A stretch of 64,000 nt of DNA from contig CAVTCS010000003.1 in NCBI GenBank assembly GCA_963733295.1, positions 736,001 to 800,000 on the forward strand, read 5' to 3'. This document shows, piece by piece, positions 9,518 to 21,409 of this stretch. A model generated the notes under the pieces. It had not been told where the DNA came from, searched no databases, and saw nothing but the letters and a program-made list of their open reading frames with translations. The stretch's first letter is position 1; every line of letters begins with the position of its first letter. The DNA is from Vulcanimicrobiota bacterium. GTDB taxonomy: Bacteria; Vulcanimicrobiota; Vulcanimicrobiia; Vulcanimicrobiales; Vulcanimicrobiaceae. The position numbers and the translations under genes are program-made.

Positions 9518-10573
9518 TTAAGGGACGACGCTCTTCGCGATTTCGATGAGTTCGGGTCGCATGAGATCGCTCACGAGCGCGAAGTAGAGTCCCCGCTCGC
9601 GCCACGTCAGAAGCGTCGTGGGTCCGTCCTCGACATACTCGGCGTCGTGTCCGCCAAAGCGCGCGGTGCGCGGGCGTAGCGTCCCGAAATCGGCAGCGGC
9701 CCCGGTTGCGTTCTCGAAGAGCGAGATCGTGCGCAGTCCGTCCGAGTATAGCAAGTGCAGGGTGCGGACCCCGTTCACGATCGTGACGTCGCCGGTCGCC
9801 AAGATGAAGCCCTGCGGCAGATCCTTGGGGCTGGCCGGCGTGAAGCCCGCGTCGCGCTCGACGCGCTCGACGTTGGAGGACGGCGTGACGATTTCCGTAC
9901 CCGCGACCTGCTCGTAACCCGCGGGAGCATCGGTCGCAAAGATGTCGTCGGGGATTTGGGTCGTATAGCGAAGTTCTTCGAAACGCATTTGTGACGCGAC
10001 CGCCCCGTTGCCGTGGTACTCTTCTTTCTTGAGCACGAGGTGCGTCTGCTCGTCGATCCAAAGGCGGACCGCACGCTCGCCGGTGTATTTGTTGATCAGC
10101 GAGAGCGAGACCGTCGGGCGGTTGGCGATCGTTTCGTGACCGTCGAAAACCGTGCGATAGTTCTGCATGACGCGGTCGAGGTTGCCATTCGCCGAGACCG
10201 TATCGTCGAGCATCGGGTTGTGGGTCACGGTAACGCGTTCGTGCTTAGTATCGAATTGATAGGTGGCGATTCCGCGCGTAATGATGTAGTCGCCGTAGAG
10301 CGAATCCGGCGCGAGATACCAGCGCCGAGTGAGCGAGGGAGCGCGGTGTTCGACGCGCACGATCGTAGCGATGGCCCGGCTCGAGCTGAAGCGGATCGTT
10401 TGTAATTCACCGACGTACGAGACGCTCTTCGGCGCGTCGAGACATTCGTGGAGCAGCACCGCGGCTTGATCGGCCGGCGTCGTCGCGGCCGTCGCGGCGG
10501 CCGCCACGAATGCAAAGCCGAAGACGGTCAACGAGTTCCGTGCGGCGCGGTTAGCGTACGGCATCGATGGCAA
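9518..10573 (-). CDS. MucB/RseB-like periplasmic sigma-E regulatory protein
   Basis: Signal peptide; LolA-like pattern (LWIDEQTHLVLK, IPDDIF); YSDGLRTISLFE; downstream of ECF/anti-sigma; exact start uncertain. Confidence 0.85.
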   Translation of the reverse strand: MPSMPYANRAARNSLTVFGFAFVAAAATAATTPADQAAVLLHECLDAPKSVSYVGELQTIRFSSSRAIATIVRVEHRAPSLTRRWYLAPDSLYGDYIITRGIATYQFDTKHERVTVTHNPMLDDTVSANGNLDRVMQNYRTVFDGHETIANRPTVSLSLINKYTGERAVRLWIDEQTHLVLKKEEYHGNGAVASQMRFEELRYTTQIPDDIFATDAPAGYEQVAGTEIVTPSSNVERVERDAGFTPASPKDLPQGFILATGDVTIVNGVRTLHLLYSDGLRTISLFENATGAAADFGTLRPRTARFGGHDAEYVEDGPTTLLTWRERGLYFALVSDLMRPELIEIAKSVVP

Positions 10574-11084
10574 CGCCCAGCACTCGTGGGCTGCGCTCTT
10601 CGCCGGTTCCTCCGGCCGGAGCGGCGTCGACCAGCGACGACTCGATCACCTGGACTGGGCCCCGTTCCGAAATCGGGTCAGAAGCTTCTTGTCCGGCGTG
10701 TTGTTCGATATAGTAGCTCGCGTCGATCGTCCGATCGGGGGCGGGTGTTCGGCCCAGCGGCGTCCCGAAGTACGCGCCGAGGCCGATCGCCACGACCAGC
10801 GGAACTGCGACCACGGGCCGTAAGAGGATCGCGAGGCTCGCGAACGGGCCCGGCCGCAAAGCGCGGATTTTTTCCCAGGTCCGGGCCGCAACGATCGAAG
10901 GGAACTCGACTTCCTGCGCGCGGGCAGCGGCGCGCAACGCTTCGCCGACGCCCACTTCGGCGTCGTACTGTTCGCGGCACGTCGGACAGCCGGCCAGGTG
11001 ACCGTGCACGCCAGCGTCGGCCTCCGGCGTAAGCTCGCCGTGGATGTAGTCGATCAGAACCTCGGGAGAAAGATGCTGGGTCAT
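10551..11084 (-). CDS. Zinc-finger (zf-HC2) anti-sigma factor
   Basis: HLAGCPTC (Hx3Cx2C), single TM; TGATG coupling to the sigma gene. Confidence 0.9.
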   Translation of the reverse strand: MTQHLSPEVLIDYIHGELTPEADAGVHGHLAGCPTCREQYDAEVGVGEALRAAARAQEVEFPSIVAARTWEKIRALRPGPFASLAILLRPVVAVPLVVAIGLGAYFGTPLGRTPAPDRTIDASYYIEQHAGQEASDPISERGPVQVIESSLVDAAPAGGTGEERSPRVLGVAIDAVR

Positions 11085-11650
11085 CAAAGCTGTTGCCGTG
11101 CCCGTTCGACGAGTCGCCGGAGGAGCGCCCGGGCCCGGTGCAGTCGCGAGCGCACCGTGCCGATCGAACAACCCATAATTTCGGCGATCTCCTGGTAGCT
11201 GTATTCTTCGATATCGGCGAGGATTACGACTTGACGCTGTTCGGGTGAGAGCTGCGCGAGTGCCTTCGAAAGCGGCTCGCCCAGCTGCCTCTCGACGTAG
11301 TCATCGATTGGTGTTACCGCCAGAGGCCTCTGTCCACCGAACTCCTGCGGCGCGTTGTCTTCGGGGATACTTTCAATGAAACGTCCTTTCCGTCTGCGAA
11401 GTTCGTCGCGATACAAATTGGTCACGATTCGGTAGACCCAAGAGAGGAAAGACGTCCCGGGTTGGAAGGAGCGCCATGCCCGGTACACGCGAATGAACGC
11501 GTCCTGCGTCAGATCGCGCGCGTCCGATTCGTTGCCGGTGAGGCGATAGGCGAAGTTATACGTCGCTTTCCCGTACTGCTCGATAGCTCGCTCGAGAAAG
11601 GCCGCTTGGTCAGGGCTCGGAGGCTCGTTTGGAGACCTGGTGCCGCCCAT
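11084..11650 (-). CDS. ECF RNA polymerase sigma factor (SigE/RpoE type)
   Basis: DLTQDAF, SWVYRIVTN, SYQEIAEIMGCSIGTVRSRLHRAR. Confidence 0.95.
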   Translation of the reverse strand: MGGTRSPNEPPSPDQAAFLERAIEQYGKATYNFAYRLTGNESDARDLTQDAFIRVYRAWRSFQPGTSFLSWVYRIVTNLYRDELRRRKGRFIESIPEDNAPQEFGGQRPLAVTPIDDYVERQLGEPLSKALAQLSPEQRQVVILADIEEYSYQEIAEIMGCSIGTVRSRLHRARALLRRLVERARQQL

Positions 11651-11723
11651 GGCTTGCGTGAATTATGCTCCTTCGGAAGCCCGGCCTGTGCTGGACCGGT
11701 GCGGCCAGGTTGGCAGGGAATTG

Positions 11724-11759
11724 TTAGGACGGGCTAAATCCTGGGCAAGGACAGCCTAA
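11724..11759 (+). promoter_or_regulatory. Tandem candidate DtxR/MntR-family operators
   Basis: TTAGG-ACGG-GCTAA (11724-11737) and CAAGG-ACAG-CCTAA (11746-11759), 22 bp apart, just upstream of the Nramp-family gene. Confidence 0.5.
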
Positions 11760-11780
11760 ATCCCGCTCGAGAGAACACTT

Positions 11781-13061
11781 TTGGCCGCCGCCGCAACGCC
11801 GAGTTCGAAAACCGTTCCCGTCCCAGCTTGGCGCCGCCGGCTGATCGGTCTCGCTGCGGTCGCCGGCCCCGGGATGATCGTAGCCTTCGCCGACACCGAA
11901 GCGGGCAGCATTACGACGGCCGCGAGTTCGGGCGCGCAGTACGGAATGAAGCTCGTGCTGCTTCAGTTGCTGTTGATCGTTCCGCTCTTCGTCGTACAAG
12001 AGATGACGGTGCGGCTCGGAACCGTCACCGGGAAGGGACACGCGCAACTCATCCGCGACAACTACGGCTTGACCTGGGCCTGGGTATCGCTGGGGACGAT
12101 GCTCTTCACCAACGTCGCCGCGCTGGTGACCGAGTTCATCGGCATCGCCGGGGCGGCGTTGATTTTCGGCGTGAACCCGGCTCTGATGGTGATCGCGGCG
12201 GCGCTGATTCTCGTCGTCGTCTCGCTCTCGGGCAACTATAAGCAGGCCGAGAAGATCGCGCTGGGGCTGTGTCTCCTCGAGTTGCTTTTCATTCCGGCAG
12301 CGTTTGCGGCGAAGCCCTCACCCATGTCGATAATTCGAGATGGCATCCTCGGTTCGCAACCGCTCGCCGATCGCAACTACTTGCTCTTGATTGCGAGCAA
12401 CATCGGTGCGGTCATCATGCCCTGGATGATCTTCTATCAGCAGAGCGCCACGGTCGACAAGGGTCTCAAGGTGCCCGATCTCAACTACGCGCGCATCGAT
12501 ACCGCCCTCGGCGCCGTGGCGACCCAGGTCATCATGATCGCGGTGATCGTCACCACCGCAGCCACGCTCTTCGTTCACCACATACAGGTGAGCGACGCCG
12601 CTCACGCCGCGCTTGCGCTCGTTCCGCTGACCGGCAAGTTTTCGTCGATCGTTTTCGGTGCAGGCCTCGTCGGCGCTTCGATGCTCGGCGCGTTCGTCGT
12701 TACGCTCGCAACCTCGTGGGCCTTCGGCGAAGCGTTCCGCTGGCCGTGTTCCCTGAACCACCACTTCCTTAAGGCGAAGCGCTTCTACGGGCTGTACATC
12801 GCCTGCGTCGCGCTGTCCGCAGGCATCGTGCTGATTCCGAATCTGCCGCTCGTGCGGATCACGCTCTACGTCATGGCCTTCAACGCCCTCGTGCTGCCGA
12901 TCGTGCTCGGCTTCTTGCTCGTGATGGCCAATGACGAGAAGATCCTCGGTTCGCGCCGCAACTCGTTCACCGGCAATATCGTGGCGATTGGGATTTCCAT
13001 CGTTTGCGTGGCCCTCGGACTCTGGTATGGGGCCCTCACGCTCATGGGACAAACGAGCTAG
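11781..13061 (+). CDS. Nramp-family divalent metal transporter, Nramp-related (NRMT-like) clade
   Basis: GPGMI...DTEAGSITT, QEMTVRLG.VTGKG, GAVIMPWMIFYQQS; about 11 TMs. Confidence 0.9.
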   Translation: MAAAATPSSKTVPVPAWRRRLIGLAAVAGPGMIVAFADTEAGSITTAASSGAQYGMKLVLLQLLLIVPLFVVQEMTVRLGTVTGKGHAQLIRDNYGLTWAWVSLGTMLFTNVAALVTEFIGIAGAALIFGVNPALMVIAAALILVVVSLSGNYKQAEKIALGLCLLELLFIPAAFAAKPSPMSIIRDGILGSQPLADRNYLLLIASNIGAVIMPWMIFYQQSATVDKGLKVPDLNYARIDTALGAVATQVIMIAVIVTTAATLFVHHIQVSDAAHAALALVPLTGKFSSIVFGAGLVGASMLGAFVVTLATSWAFGEAFRWPCSLNHHFLKAKRFYGLYIACVALSAGIVLIPNLPLVRITLYVMAFNALVLPIVLGFLLVMANDEKILGSRRNSFTGNIVAIGISIVCVALGLWYGALTLMGQTS

Positions 13062-15421
13062 AACGGTTCAGTAGCCCGCAGCGACCAGTGGAAGCCCGGC
13101 GCCCACTGGGTCGTGTTGAAGCCGTTGTTGACCTTGAGCAGGTAAGCGTTGTTCGTGATGTTCGTCAGGTCGAGGATGAACCCGGGTTTGGTGTGCACGC
13201 CGCGCTGCGGATCGATGCCCGCCGAGGCGTCGAAAATCAAGTGCGGCGCCAAGCGCTGCTGACCGTTTTGAAATTGGACCGGATAACCGGTGCCGTACCC
13301 GGGCTGGAGCGCGACGAAGATGCTCTTGTTGAAGTTAAGCCGGTGCGTGTAATTGAGGACCATATCGAAGGTTTGATCGTGATCCTCCGGGCTGAGCGTC
13401 AGATCCGTTAAGCCGGCCGCGCACGCCGTCGACGGCGTCGGGCAGAAGAGGAATGTGCCGCCCGAGATGCCCGCGGCTTGTGAGTTCGACAGGGTGGCCG
13501 ATATGAACATCGAGTCGCCGTTTTGCCAGTGAGCGTCGACGCGGCCTTCGACGCCTTGGGCGACGCCGATTGAATTGTTGTAGACGGCGAAGATCGGCGT
13601 GGGAAAAATTTGGGTCGTATCTAAGACGTTGGTGACGAGACGCTTCCAGACATTGACGTAAGCCCGCGCTCCCTGCGAAAACTGGTGATCGAGGCCGAAT
13701 TCGAAGTACGTGTCGCGTTCGGGTTGCAGATCGTAGACCGGCAGCTCGTCAGGATTGCCGCCGCCAATGACGACTGCCGCGCGTCGCGTATCTTCCAGGA
13801 ACGGCGCGGCGTACAACCGCCCGTAGTATGCGTGAAAGATCGTCGACGGGTTGATTTTGACATTCATCTCGAGACGCGGGCTTAGCTGACCTCCCGAAAC
13901 GTAGCCGGTCGAGTGATCGTAGCGCATTCCGCCGAAAAGCGAGAGATACTGGGTGGGCGTCCACTTGTCTTGAACGTACGCACTGAACAACGTTCCCCGT
14001 TGCGCTTGATTGTCGAAGAAGTTCGTGACTTGGTTCTCGTCGTTGAAGTACGCGATCTGTTCGTTACCTCGAAAGTTCTCGACCGTTTCGTCGACGCCGG
14101 CCTTGAACGCGTTGTCGCCCCAAACGTGGAAGTGCACGAGCCGCAAGCCTTCGAACGTCGACTCACGATCTTGGCGCAAACCGTCGAGGCCGGTGACCGC
14201 CGGCGGATCCTGTGTGTAGTCGGTGAAGGTCCCCATCAGATCGCTCTCGAGGTCGCCGAGATAGCGAATGCGGTTGTAGTGGTACCAAGGGGCGACCTGA
14301 GTGTACGAATTGCCGTCGGCCGCGTTGTGCGTATACGCGAGATTGAAGAGACTGTCGTTCTCGAGCTGGACGTCGTTGGTCCCAAGGGGAACGGCGACCG
14401 GGCTGATCGGGGACGTGACTGTATTGATGGGGATCTGGAACGTCGCGAAATTGTTCGACGCATCGAACGCCAGCACGTCGTTCTTTCCTATGTTGGTGAT
14501 GGTGCGCAGAAATTCGTTCCCTTGGCTGGCACCGTCGTGTTGCGGTACGAAAGTCGGCGAGTCGAGTCCGCGATCGGTTTGCTCGGTGTTGGCATTCAGA
14601 AAGAAGCGTGTGTTACCGATTGTCGCCGCTTCACCGAAGGATGCTTGCAGACCGCCGTAGTTACCGCCGCCGACGGTGACGTACCCTTGTTCCGGCGCAG
14701 ACAGATCGGTCGCGCGGTGACTGATAATATTCACGACCGCACCCTGCCGGTAGCCGCCGTACTCGGCCGGAAAAGCGCCAGTGAAAACCTCGAGCGAGTC
14801 AATCGTTCGCGGGTCGATGATCTCGCTGAAGTTGGAGGCCGTCCCTTGCGGCAGAGGAATACCGTCGAGTTCGTAGGTCAGACCGTGGAAACCGTGCGCC
14901 ACCGGCTCGTTATAGGAGAACTGCACGATTCCGGGCATCGTCTCGATGAGGTTATTGAGGCTCTGCCCGACCGGGTTCGTGTTGATCGTTTGGTTGTTGA
15001 GCGTATTTACTCCAACCGGCGACGCGGCGACGCCGCGAACCAATCCCGACTGCGTGTGGGCGATCTCCTTGATCGAGCTCAGATCGATCGTGAGCGTAGC
15101 GACCGAGCCGCTTTGAACGTCGATCAACTGGGTGACATCCGGTACTGCGTCCCGGTGCGCGACGAGCGTGTAGCGCCCGAACGGCACGCGGTCGAAGACG
15201 AAGGCGCCCTGAGCGCTCGACGTCGTCTTGAATGTTGAGCCTTCGCCGCTGAGAGTAAGGCTTACGTGATCCGCCGGGTTGCCGTTCAATCGGACGACAC
15301 CACGAACGAGCCCGGTCGTGTCGGCGAAGGCGGGCGCGGCGAGAAGCCAAAGAACCGCAAAAAGGAGCCAAAGTACAGTAAAGACGATGGCGGCGCCGAG
15401 CGCCGCGTTGGATACGCGCAT
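13058..15421 (-). CDS. TonB-dependent receptor with N-terminal carboxypeptidase-regulatory-like domain
   Basis: Signal peptide, FDRVPFGRY, plug motif GAFPAEYGG..GAVVNI, YVQDKW, SPRL, C-terminal Phe; SD GAGGTGG. Confidence 0.92.
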   Translation of the reverse strand: MRVSNAALGAAIVFTVLWLLFAVLWLLAAPAFADTTGLVRGVVRLNGNPADHVSLTLSGEGSTFKTTSSAQGAFVFDRVPFGRYTLVAHRDAVPDVTQLIDVQSGSVATLTIDLSSIKEIAHTQSGLVRGVAASPVGVNTLNNQTINTNPVGQSLNNLIETMPGIVQFSYNEPVAHGFHGLTYELDGIPLPQGTASNFSEIIDPRTIDSLEVFTGAFPAEYGGYRQGAVVNIISHRATDLSAPEQGYVTVGGGNYGGLQASFGEAATIGNTRFFLNANTEQTDRGLDSPTFVPQHDGASQGNEFLRTITNIGKNDVLAFDASNNFATFQIPINTVTSPISPVAVPLGTNDVQLENDSLFNLAYTHNAADGNSYTQVAPWYHYNRIRYLGDLESDLMGTFTDYTQDPPAVTGLDGLRQDRESTFEGLRLVHFHVWGDNAFKAGVDETVENFRGNEQIAYFNDENQVTNFFDNQAQRGTLFSAYVQDKWTPTQYLSLFGGMRYDHSTGYVSGGQLSPRLEMNVKINPSTIFHAYYGRLYAAPFLEDTRRAAVVIGGGNPDELPVYDLQPERDTYFEFGLDHQFSQGARAYVNVWKRLVTNVLDTTQIFPTPIFAVYNNSIGVAQGVEGRVDAHWQNGDSMFISATLSNSQAAGISGGTFLFCPTPSTACAAGLTDLTLSPEDHDQTFDMVLNYTHRLNFNKSIFVALQPGYGTGYPVQFQNGQQRLAPHLIFDASAGIDPQRGVHTKPGFILDLTNITNNAYLLKVNNGFNTTQWAPGFHWSLRATEPF

Positions 15422-15445
15422 GGATCCACCTCGGGAGGCGAAAGC

Positions 15446-15474
15446 AAAAAAGCGAAGCGCGGCGAGCGGCCGCG
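15446..15474 (-). terminator. Terminator/attenuator-like hairpin between the RAPP leader and the TBDR
   Basis: Minus strand CGCGGC-CGCTC-GCCGCG followed after a few nt by a T6 run. Confidence 0.35.
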
Positions 15475-15482
15475 TTTAGTTT

Positions 15483-16046
15483 TTAGGCTAGCCGGGGTGG
15501 AGCGCGGCCGCGATGGCTACCGCGCGTTGCTCGCGCTTCGATTCGCGAGCCGTACGCCTCGAGCCGCGCGAAATGAGGCGCGATTCCGAGGTCGACGTGT
15601 TGGGCGAGAGCCGCGAGTGCGAGGCCGGCGTGCGCCAGCCAGCGGGTGACCGCGCGGACTGCCAAGGCCGTCCCCAGTGCCAGCGCGCCGGCGACCGGAA
15701 CAACCCAGACGGCAGCGAGCGGCCCGTGGCCCTCGAGGAGCTCGAGGCTCCAGAAGGATAGGAGCGCTCCCCCGAACAGCCAGGCCGCGAACGGGCCGAT
15801 TTCACCAGATCCGGGCAGCTCGTCGCGAAGCTGGCGGACCGCCTGGCCTACCGAGGCCGGCCGCCCTAAGGCAACTGCCAGCGCGGCAACGCCGGCCAGC
15901 GCTACGAGCGCGCCGAGGGCACTAAAGAGAAGGGTGGCACCCTGCTCGCCGCCCAGCTCGTGAGCGGTTCCGAACCCCGCCAAATGGGCCAAAACAGCCA
16001 CCAGCAAGGCAAGCGGCGCGGCCACCAGCAACCGTCGGAGGTTCAT
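15483..16046 (-). CDS. Multi-pass membrane protein with C-terminal RAPP motif (putative arrest leader)
   Basis: About 4 TMs, His near TM1 (AHLAGFGTAHELGG), LELLEGH, ends RGRAPPRLA; 61 bp upstream of the TBDR. Confidence 0.75.
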   Translation of the reverse strand: MNLRRLLVAAPLALLVAVLAHLAGFGTAHELGGEQGATLLFSALGALVALAGVAALAVALGRPASVGQAVRQLRDELPGSGEIGPFAAWLFGGALLSFWSLELLEGHGPLAAVWVVPVAGALALGTALAVRAVTRWLAHAGLALAALAQHVDLGIAPHFARLEAYGSRIEARATRGSHRGRAPPRLA

Positions 16047-16199
16047 CGAGGTTAGAACGTTCTCGTGGTCCGGAGAGACTCCCCCGGAGCGTTAAATTCG
16101 ATCCCCAAGGACCTCCAAGGGGTCGGACCGGCCGCTGCGAACACACCACCCGCCCGGAGGTCCCCCGACCCCGCCCAACCGCCAGGAGGCGGTCCGAAA

Positions 16200-16766
16200 G
16201 TGATGCGCACAACGACGAAAGGTCAGACGGCCAACGAGAGCTCCGACGCGGTCGGACTCGTCGTCGCGTTGCTCGTCCGCTTCCCGCAGATCGCGACGAT
16301 CGTCTCGCACCCTGATGAGGGGACGCTCGCACTTTCGTTCGCGGTCGCTCAGCGGATCGACCGGCGCGTCGAACGGGAGGTCCGGGAAGCGGTCGTCGAT
16401 CACGTCGAGTCGCTGCTCGCGGTCACCGGCGAGCCGCACGAAACGCTCACCGTGGAGTGCGAACGCGACCCGAAGATGACGTTCCTGCGCATCACCCGGG
16501 ACGTGCGCACGTTCTCCCGGGAAGAGTTAGTCGTGCTGACGACGCTCTTGGCAACCCGGTTCGGCGAGGCGCTCATCCAGAGTCCCGCCGCCGATGAGAC
16601 GCTCGACGACGATCCCGCGGCGCAGGACGAGATGGTGGATTTCGCCCTCGAAGCGCTGCGCGACCCGACGCAGCAACGCAGTCTGGTTGGATTCCGTGAG
16701 GAGAAACGGGTCCTCGTTTACTTCGTCAAGTCGCGGAAGAAGGCGAAGGCCCGAGCGCGGTCCTAA
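16200..16766 (+). CDS. Conserved hypothetical protein
   Basis: SD GGAGG; globular, protein-like composition; co-oriented with the PHP gene; start GTG 16200 or ATG 16203. Confidence 0.7.
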   Translation: MMRTTTKGQTANESSDAVGLVVALLVRFPQIATIVSHPDEGTLALSFAVAQRIDRRVEREVREAVVDHVESLLAVTGEPHETLTVECERDPKMTFLRITRDVRTFSREELVVLTTLLATRFGEALIQSPAADETLDDDPAAQDEMVDFALEALRDPTQQRSLVGFREEKRVLVYFVKSRKKAKARARS

Positions 16767-16772
16767 TCGCGC

Positions 16773-17576
16773 GTGCTGGTCGATTTTCACAGCCACACGA
16801 CCGAGAGCGACGGCACGCTTTCGCCGGCCGAACTCGTTGCGGCGATGCGCCGGCGTGGCGTGACGGTCTTTTCGATCAGCGACCACGACACGCTCGAAGC
16901 CTACGATGGCCTCGCTGAGACACCGGGGCTCCTGCGAATCAGCGGTGTCGAGATCAATACGAACTACCGCGGAAACGAGGTCCACATCCTCGGCTTCGGG
17001 TTTCCGCTGGGCGAGACGAAGTTACGCGCGGTCCTGGAAACCAATCGCCGAGAGCGGAACGCTCGAGCCCGGCGTATGGTCGCGGGACTCCAAGCCGCCG
17101 GCTGCGCGATCGCTTTCGACGACGTCAAAGGCGAGGGCCGCGACGACTCGCCGCTCGGCCGGCCGCACGTTGCGAAGGCACTCGTCCGCGCCGGCTACGC
17201 AAGCGATATCGACGCGGCGTTCCGGAACTACCTTGTCGCTGGAAAATCGGGCTACGTACCGTTCGCGCACATCGCGCCTCAAGCTGCGATTGCGGCGATC
17301 GCAAACTCGGGCGGCGTGCCCGTGCTCGCCCACCCTGGAAGGTTGAGAAACGTCGAGTTGATCGACGAACTCACCGAAGCCGGGCTGGCCGGCCTTGAAG
17401 TGTTCTACCCGACGCACCAGCCCGGGCAGGTCGCGCAATTCCGCGCGACCGCGGCGCGACTCGGCTTGGTAATGACCGCCGGCTCAGACTTCCACGATCC
17501 GCGCTGGAACGCGAGCGGCGTCGGAATCGAAGTCGCCCCAAACGACATCAAGCCGTTCCTGGATCTAGTGACGTAG
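16773..17576 (+). CDS. PHP-domain phosphoesterase (TrpH/YciV family)
   Basis: DFHSHTTESDG, SDHDT, GVEI, HILG, GRPHVA, LAHP, GSDFH. Confidence 0.93.
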   Translation: MLVDFHSHTTESDGTLSPAELVAAMRRRGVTVFSISDHDTLEAYDGLAETPGLLRISGVEINTNYRGNEVHILGFGFPLGETKLRAVLETNRRERNARARRMVAGLQAAGCAIAFDDVKGEGRDDSPLGRPHVAKALVRAGYASDIDAAFRNYLVAGKSGYVPFAHIAPQAAIAAIANSGGVPVLAHPGRLRNVELIDELTEAGLAGLEVFYPTHQPGQVAQFRATAARLGLVMTAGSDFHDPRWNASGVGIEVAPNDIKPFLDLVT

Positions 17577-17614
17577 ATTAGTAGATTAAAAGAAGAACTA
17601 TCGGGGGCCCGCGC

Positions 17615-17642
17615 GGCGCCCCGCGAAGTGGGGCGCCCTTTT
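17615..17642 (+). terminator. Intrinsic terminator between convergent PHP and Fur genes
   Basis: GGCGCCCC-GCGAAGT-GGGGCGCC followed by CTTTT. Confidence 0.65.
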
Positions 17643-18024
17643 AACGGCAGCTGGCGCAGAGCCCGTAAAACTCGATCGAATGATCGTCGAGCGTGAAGGC
17701 TTGGTTTGCGAGCAAGGCTTTGCGAAACCGGTCCATCGCGCCGCAGTCGACCTCATCGACATGACCGCAGCTGCGACAAATCGCGTGGTGGTGATGCTCG
17801 TCGGTGCAATAGACGTAGCCGGACTCGCCGTTCGGGCCGGTTCGCGACGAGACGGTGCCGAGGTCTTCGAGCAGTTCGAGCGTGCGATAGACGGTCGATA
17901 GAGCGAGCTTCGGGTTAGAGCTCCTCAGCAGCCGGTGGATCGCGCCTGCGGTCAGATAGCGGCGCTCGGCCCGGAGCAGGTCGGCGATTGCCTTTCGAGT
18001 CGAGGTCGCATAGAGCGCGCGCAC
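17641..18024 (-). CDS. Fur-family transcriptional repressor (possibly Zur)
   Basis: LALSTVYRTLELL, HHHHAICRSCG, FYGLCASC; GTG start at 18024 with AGGAG upstream. Confidence 0.92.
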   Translation of the reverse strand: MRALYATSTRKAIADLLRAERRYLTAGAIHRLLRSSNPKLALSTVYRTLELLEDLGTVSSRTGPNGESGYVYCTDEHHHHAICRSCGHVDEVDCGAMDRFRKALLANQAFTLDDHSIEFYGLCASCR

Positions 18025-18060
18025 GCACGTTCTTTTCGCTCCTGCGGCGAAGAAGACCGC

Positions 18061-19397
18061 GTGCCCGATTCGCCCTGTCCAGGACCACCCGGCCGCTTCC
18101 AAGCTCTTTCACTTTTCCGGCGGCGGTTCGCGACGATGCCGGAGTACCTCGTCGCTCTCGCTCGTCGCTACGGGCCGGTGACGCGCGTGCGTGGCCCGCT
18201 GAAGGACATCTACTTGTTCGACGACCCGCAGCTCATCGAGCAGGTTCTAGCGGGTAAGGGTCGCTCGTTCCAAAAGAGCCGCGGGTCGAAGCGGCTGCGC
18301 CCGCTCCTCGGACGCGGATTGTTGACGAGCGAAGAACCCGAGCATCTGCGCCACCGGCGTCTGGTCCAGCCGGCCTTCAATCGCAATCGCGTCGACGCGT
18401 ACGCGCCGCGCATGGTCGCGACCGCCGAACGCTTCGGCGGATCCTGGCGAGACGGGCAGACGGTCGAGGTCGATCGAGAGATGATGCGCTTGACCCTTGA
18501 GATCGCCGCTCGATACGATGTTCGGAAGCGACGTCTCGGGCGAAACGGAATCGATCGGCGCCACTCTCGATAGAGCGTTATCCTCGTTTGGCAAGATGGT
18601 TGCGCCGTTCGGCGAGGTCAACGACGTTTTTCCGACGCGCGCGGGGCGGCGCTTTCGCCGAGCGCGAGCCGGCTTACGGGCGACCGTCGAGCGGTTGATC
18701 GCACAGCGTCGCGGAGCGGAAGATCGAGGGGACTTTCTTTCGCTCCTCATCGCGGCTCGCGACGAACATGGCGCGTTCTCGAACGATGAAGCGCGCGACG
18801 AAGCGTTGACGATCCTGCTCGCCGGGCACGAGACGACCGCGAACGCGCTGACGTGGACCTTCGATTTGCTCGGTCGCAATCCCGAAGCTGCGCGCTTGGT
18901 CGAAGAAGAGCTTGCCTCGACGTTGGGTGGGCGCGCGCCCGGCGTGGAAGACGTCGCGCGTTTGCCGCGCCTGCACGGCGCGATCTCCGAAGCGCTGCGT
19001 CTCTTTCCGCCGGCGTGGTTGACGGGACGGAGCGCCCTCGAAGCGGTTCGCATCGGTGACTTCACGCTGCGACGCGGCGACGTCGCGCTGGTGAGCCCCT
19101 ATGTGACGCATCGCAATCCGCGTCTCTGGCCGGAGCCCGAACGTTTCAGTCCGGAGCGTTGGCTCTCCCAAGCGCGCCCCGCGCGTTTCGCGTTTTTCCC
19201 TTTCGGAGGCGGAACTCGCGCGTGCATCGGCGAGTCGTTTGCCTGGCTCGAAGCCTCGATCGTCCTTGCAACGCTCTTGCAGCGCGTTCGCTTCGATTTG
19301 CTCGACGCCGGCCCGGTCCCGATCGCGCCGCTCGTGACGCTGCGTCCGGCGCGTCCGATTCGCGCGCGCGTAACGCAGCGCCGCGTCGCGCCGATCG

Positions 19398-19405
<8 letters not shown>
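18061..19405 (+). CDS. Cytochrome P450, split by a +1 frameshift near 18514 (error or pseudogene)
   Basis: Frame 1: GLLTSE..HLRHRRLVQPAF; frame 2: AGHETT, EALR, PERF, FPFGGGTRACIG. Confidence 0.88.

Positions 19406-21409
<2,004 letters not shown>

Noticed and set aside
11651..11780. M-box or yybP-ykoY riboswitch before the Nramp gene
   Set aside because: The region is too short, is shared with a divergent promoter, and lacks consensus elements.
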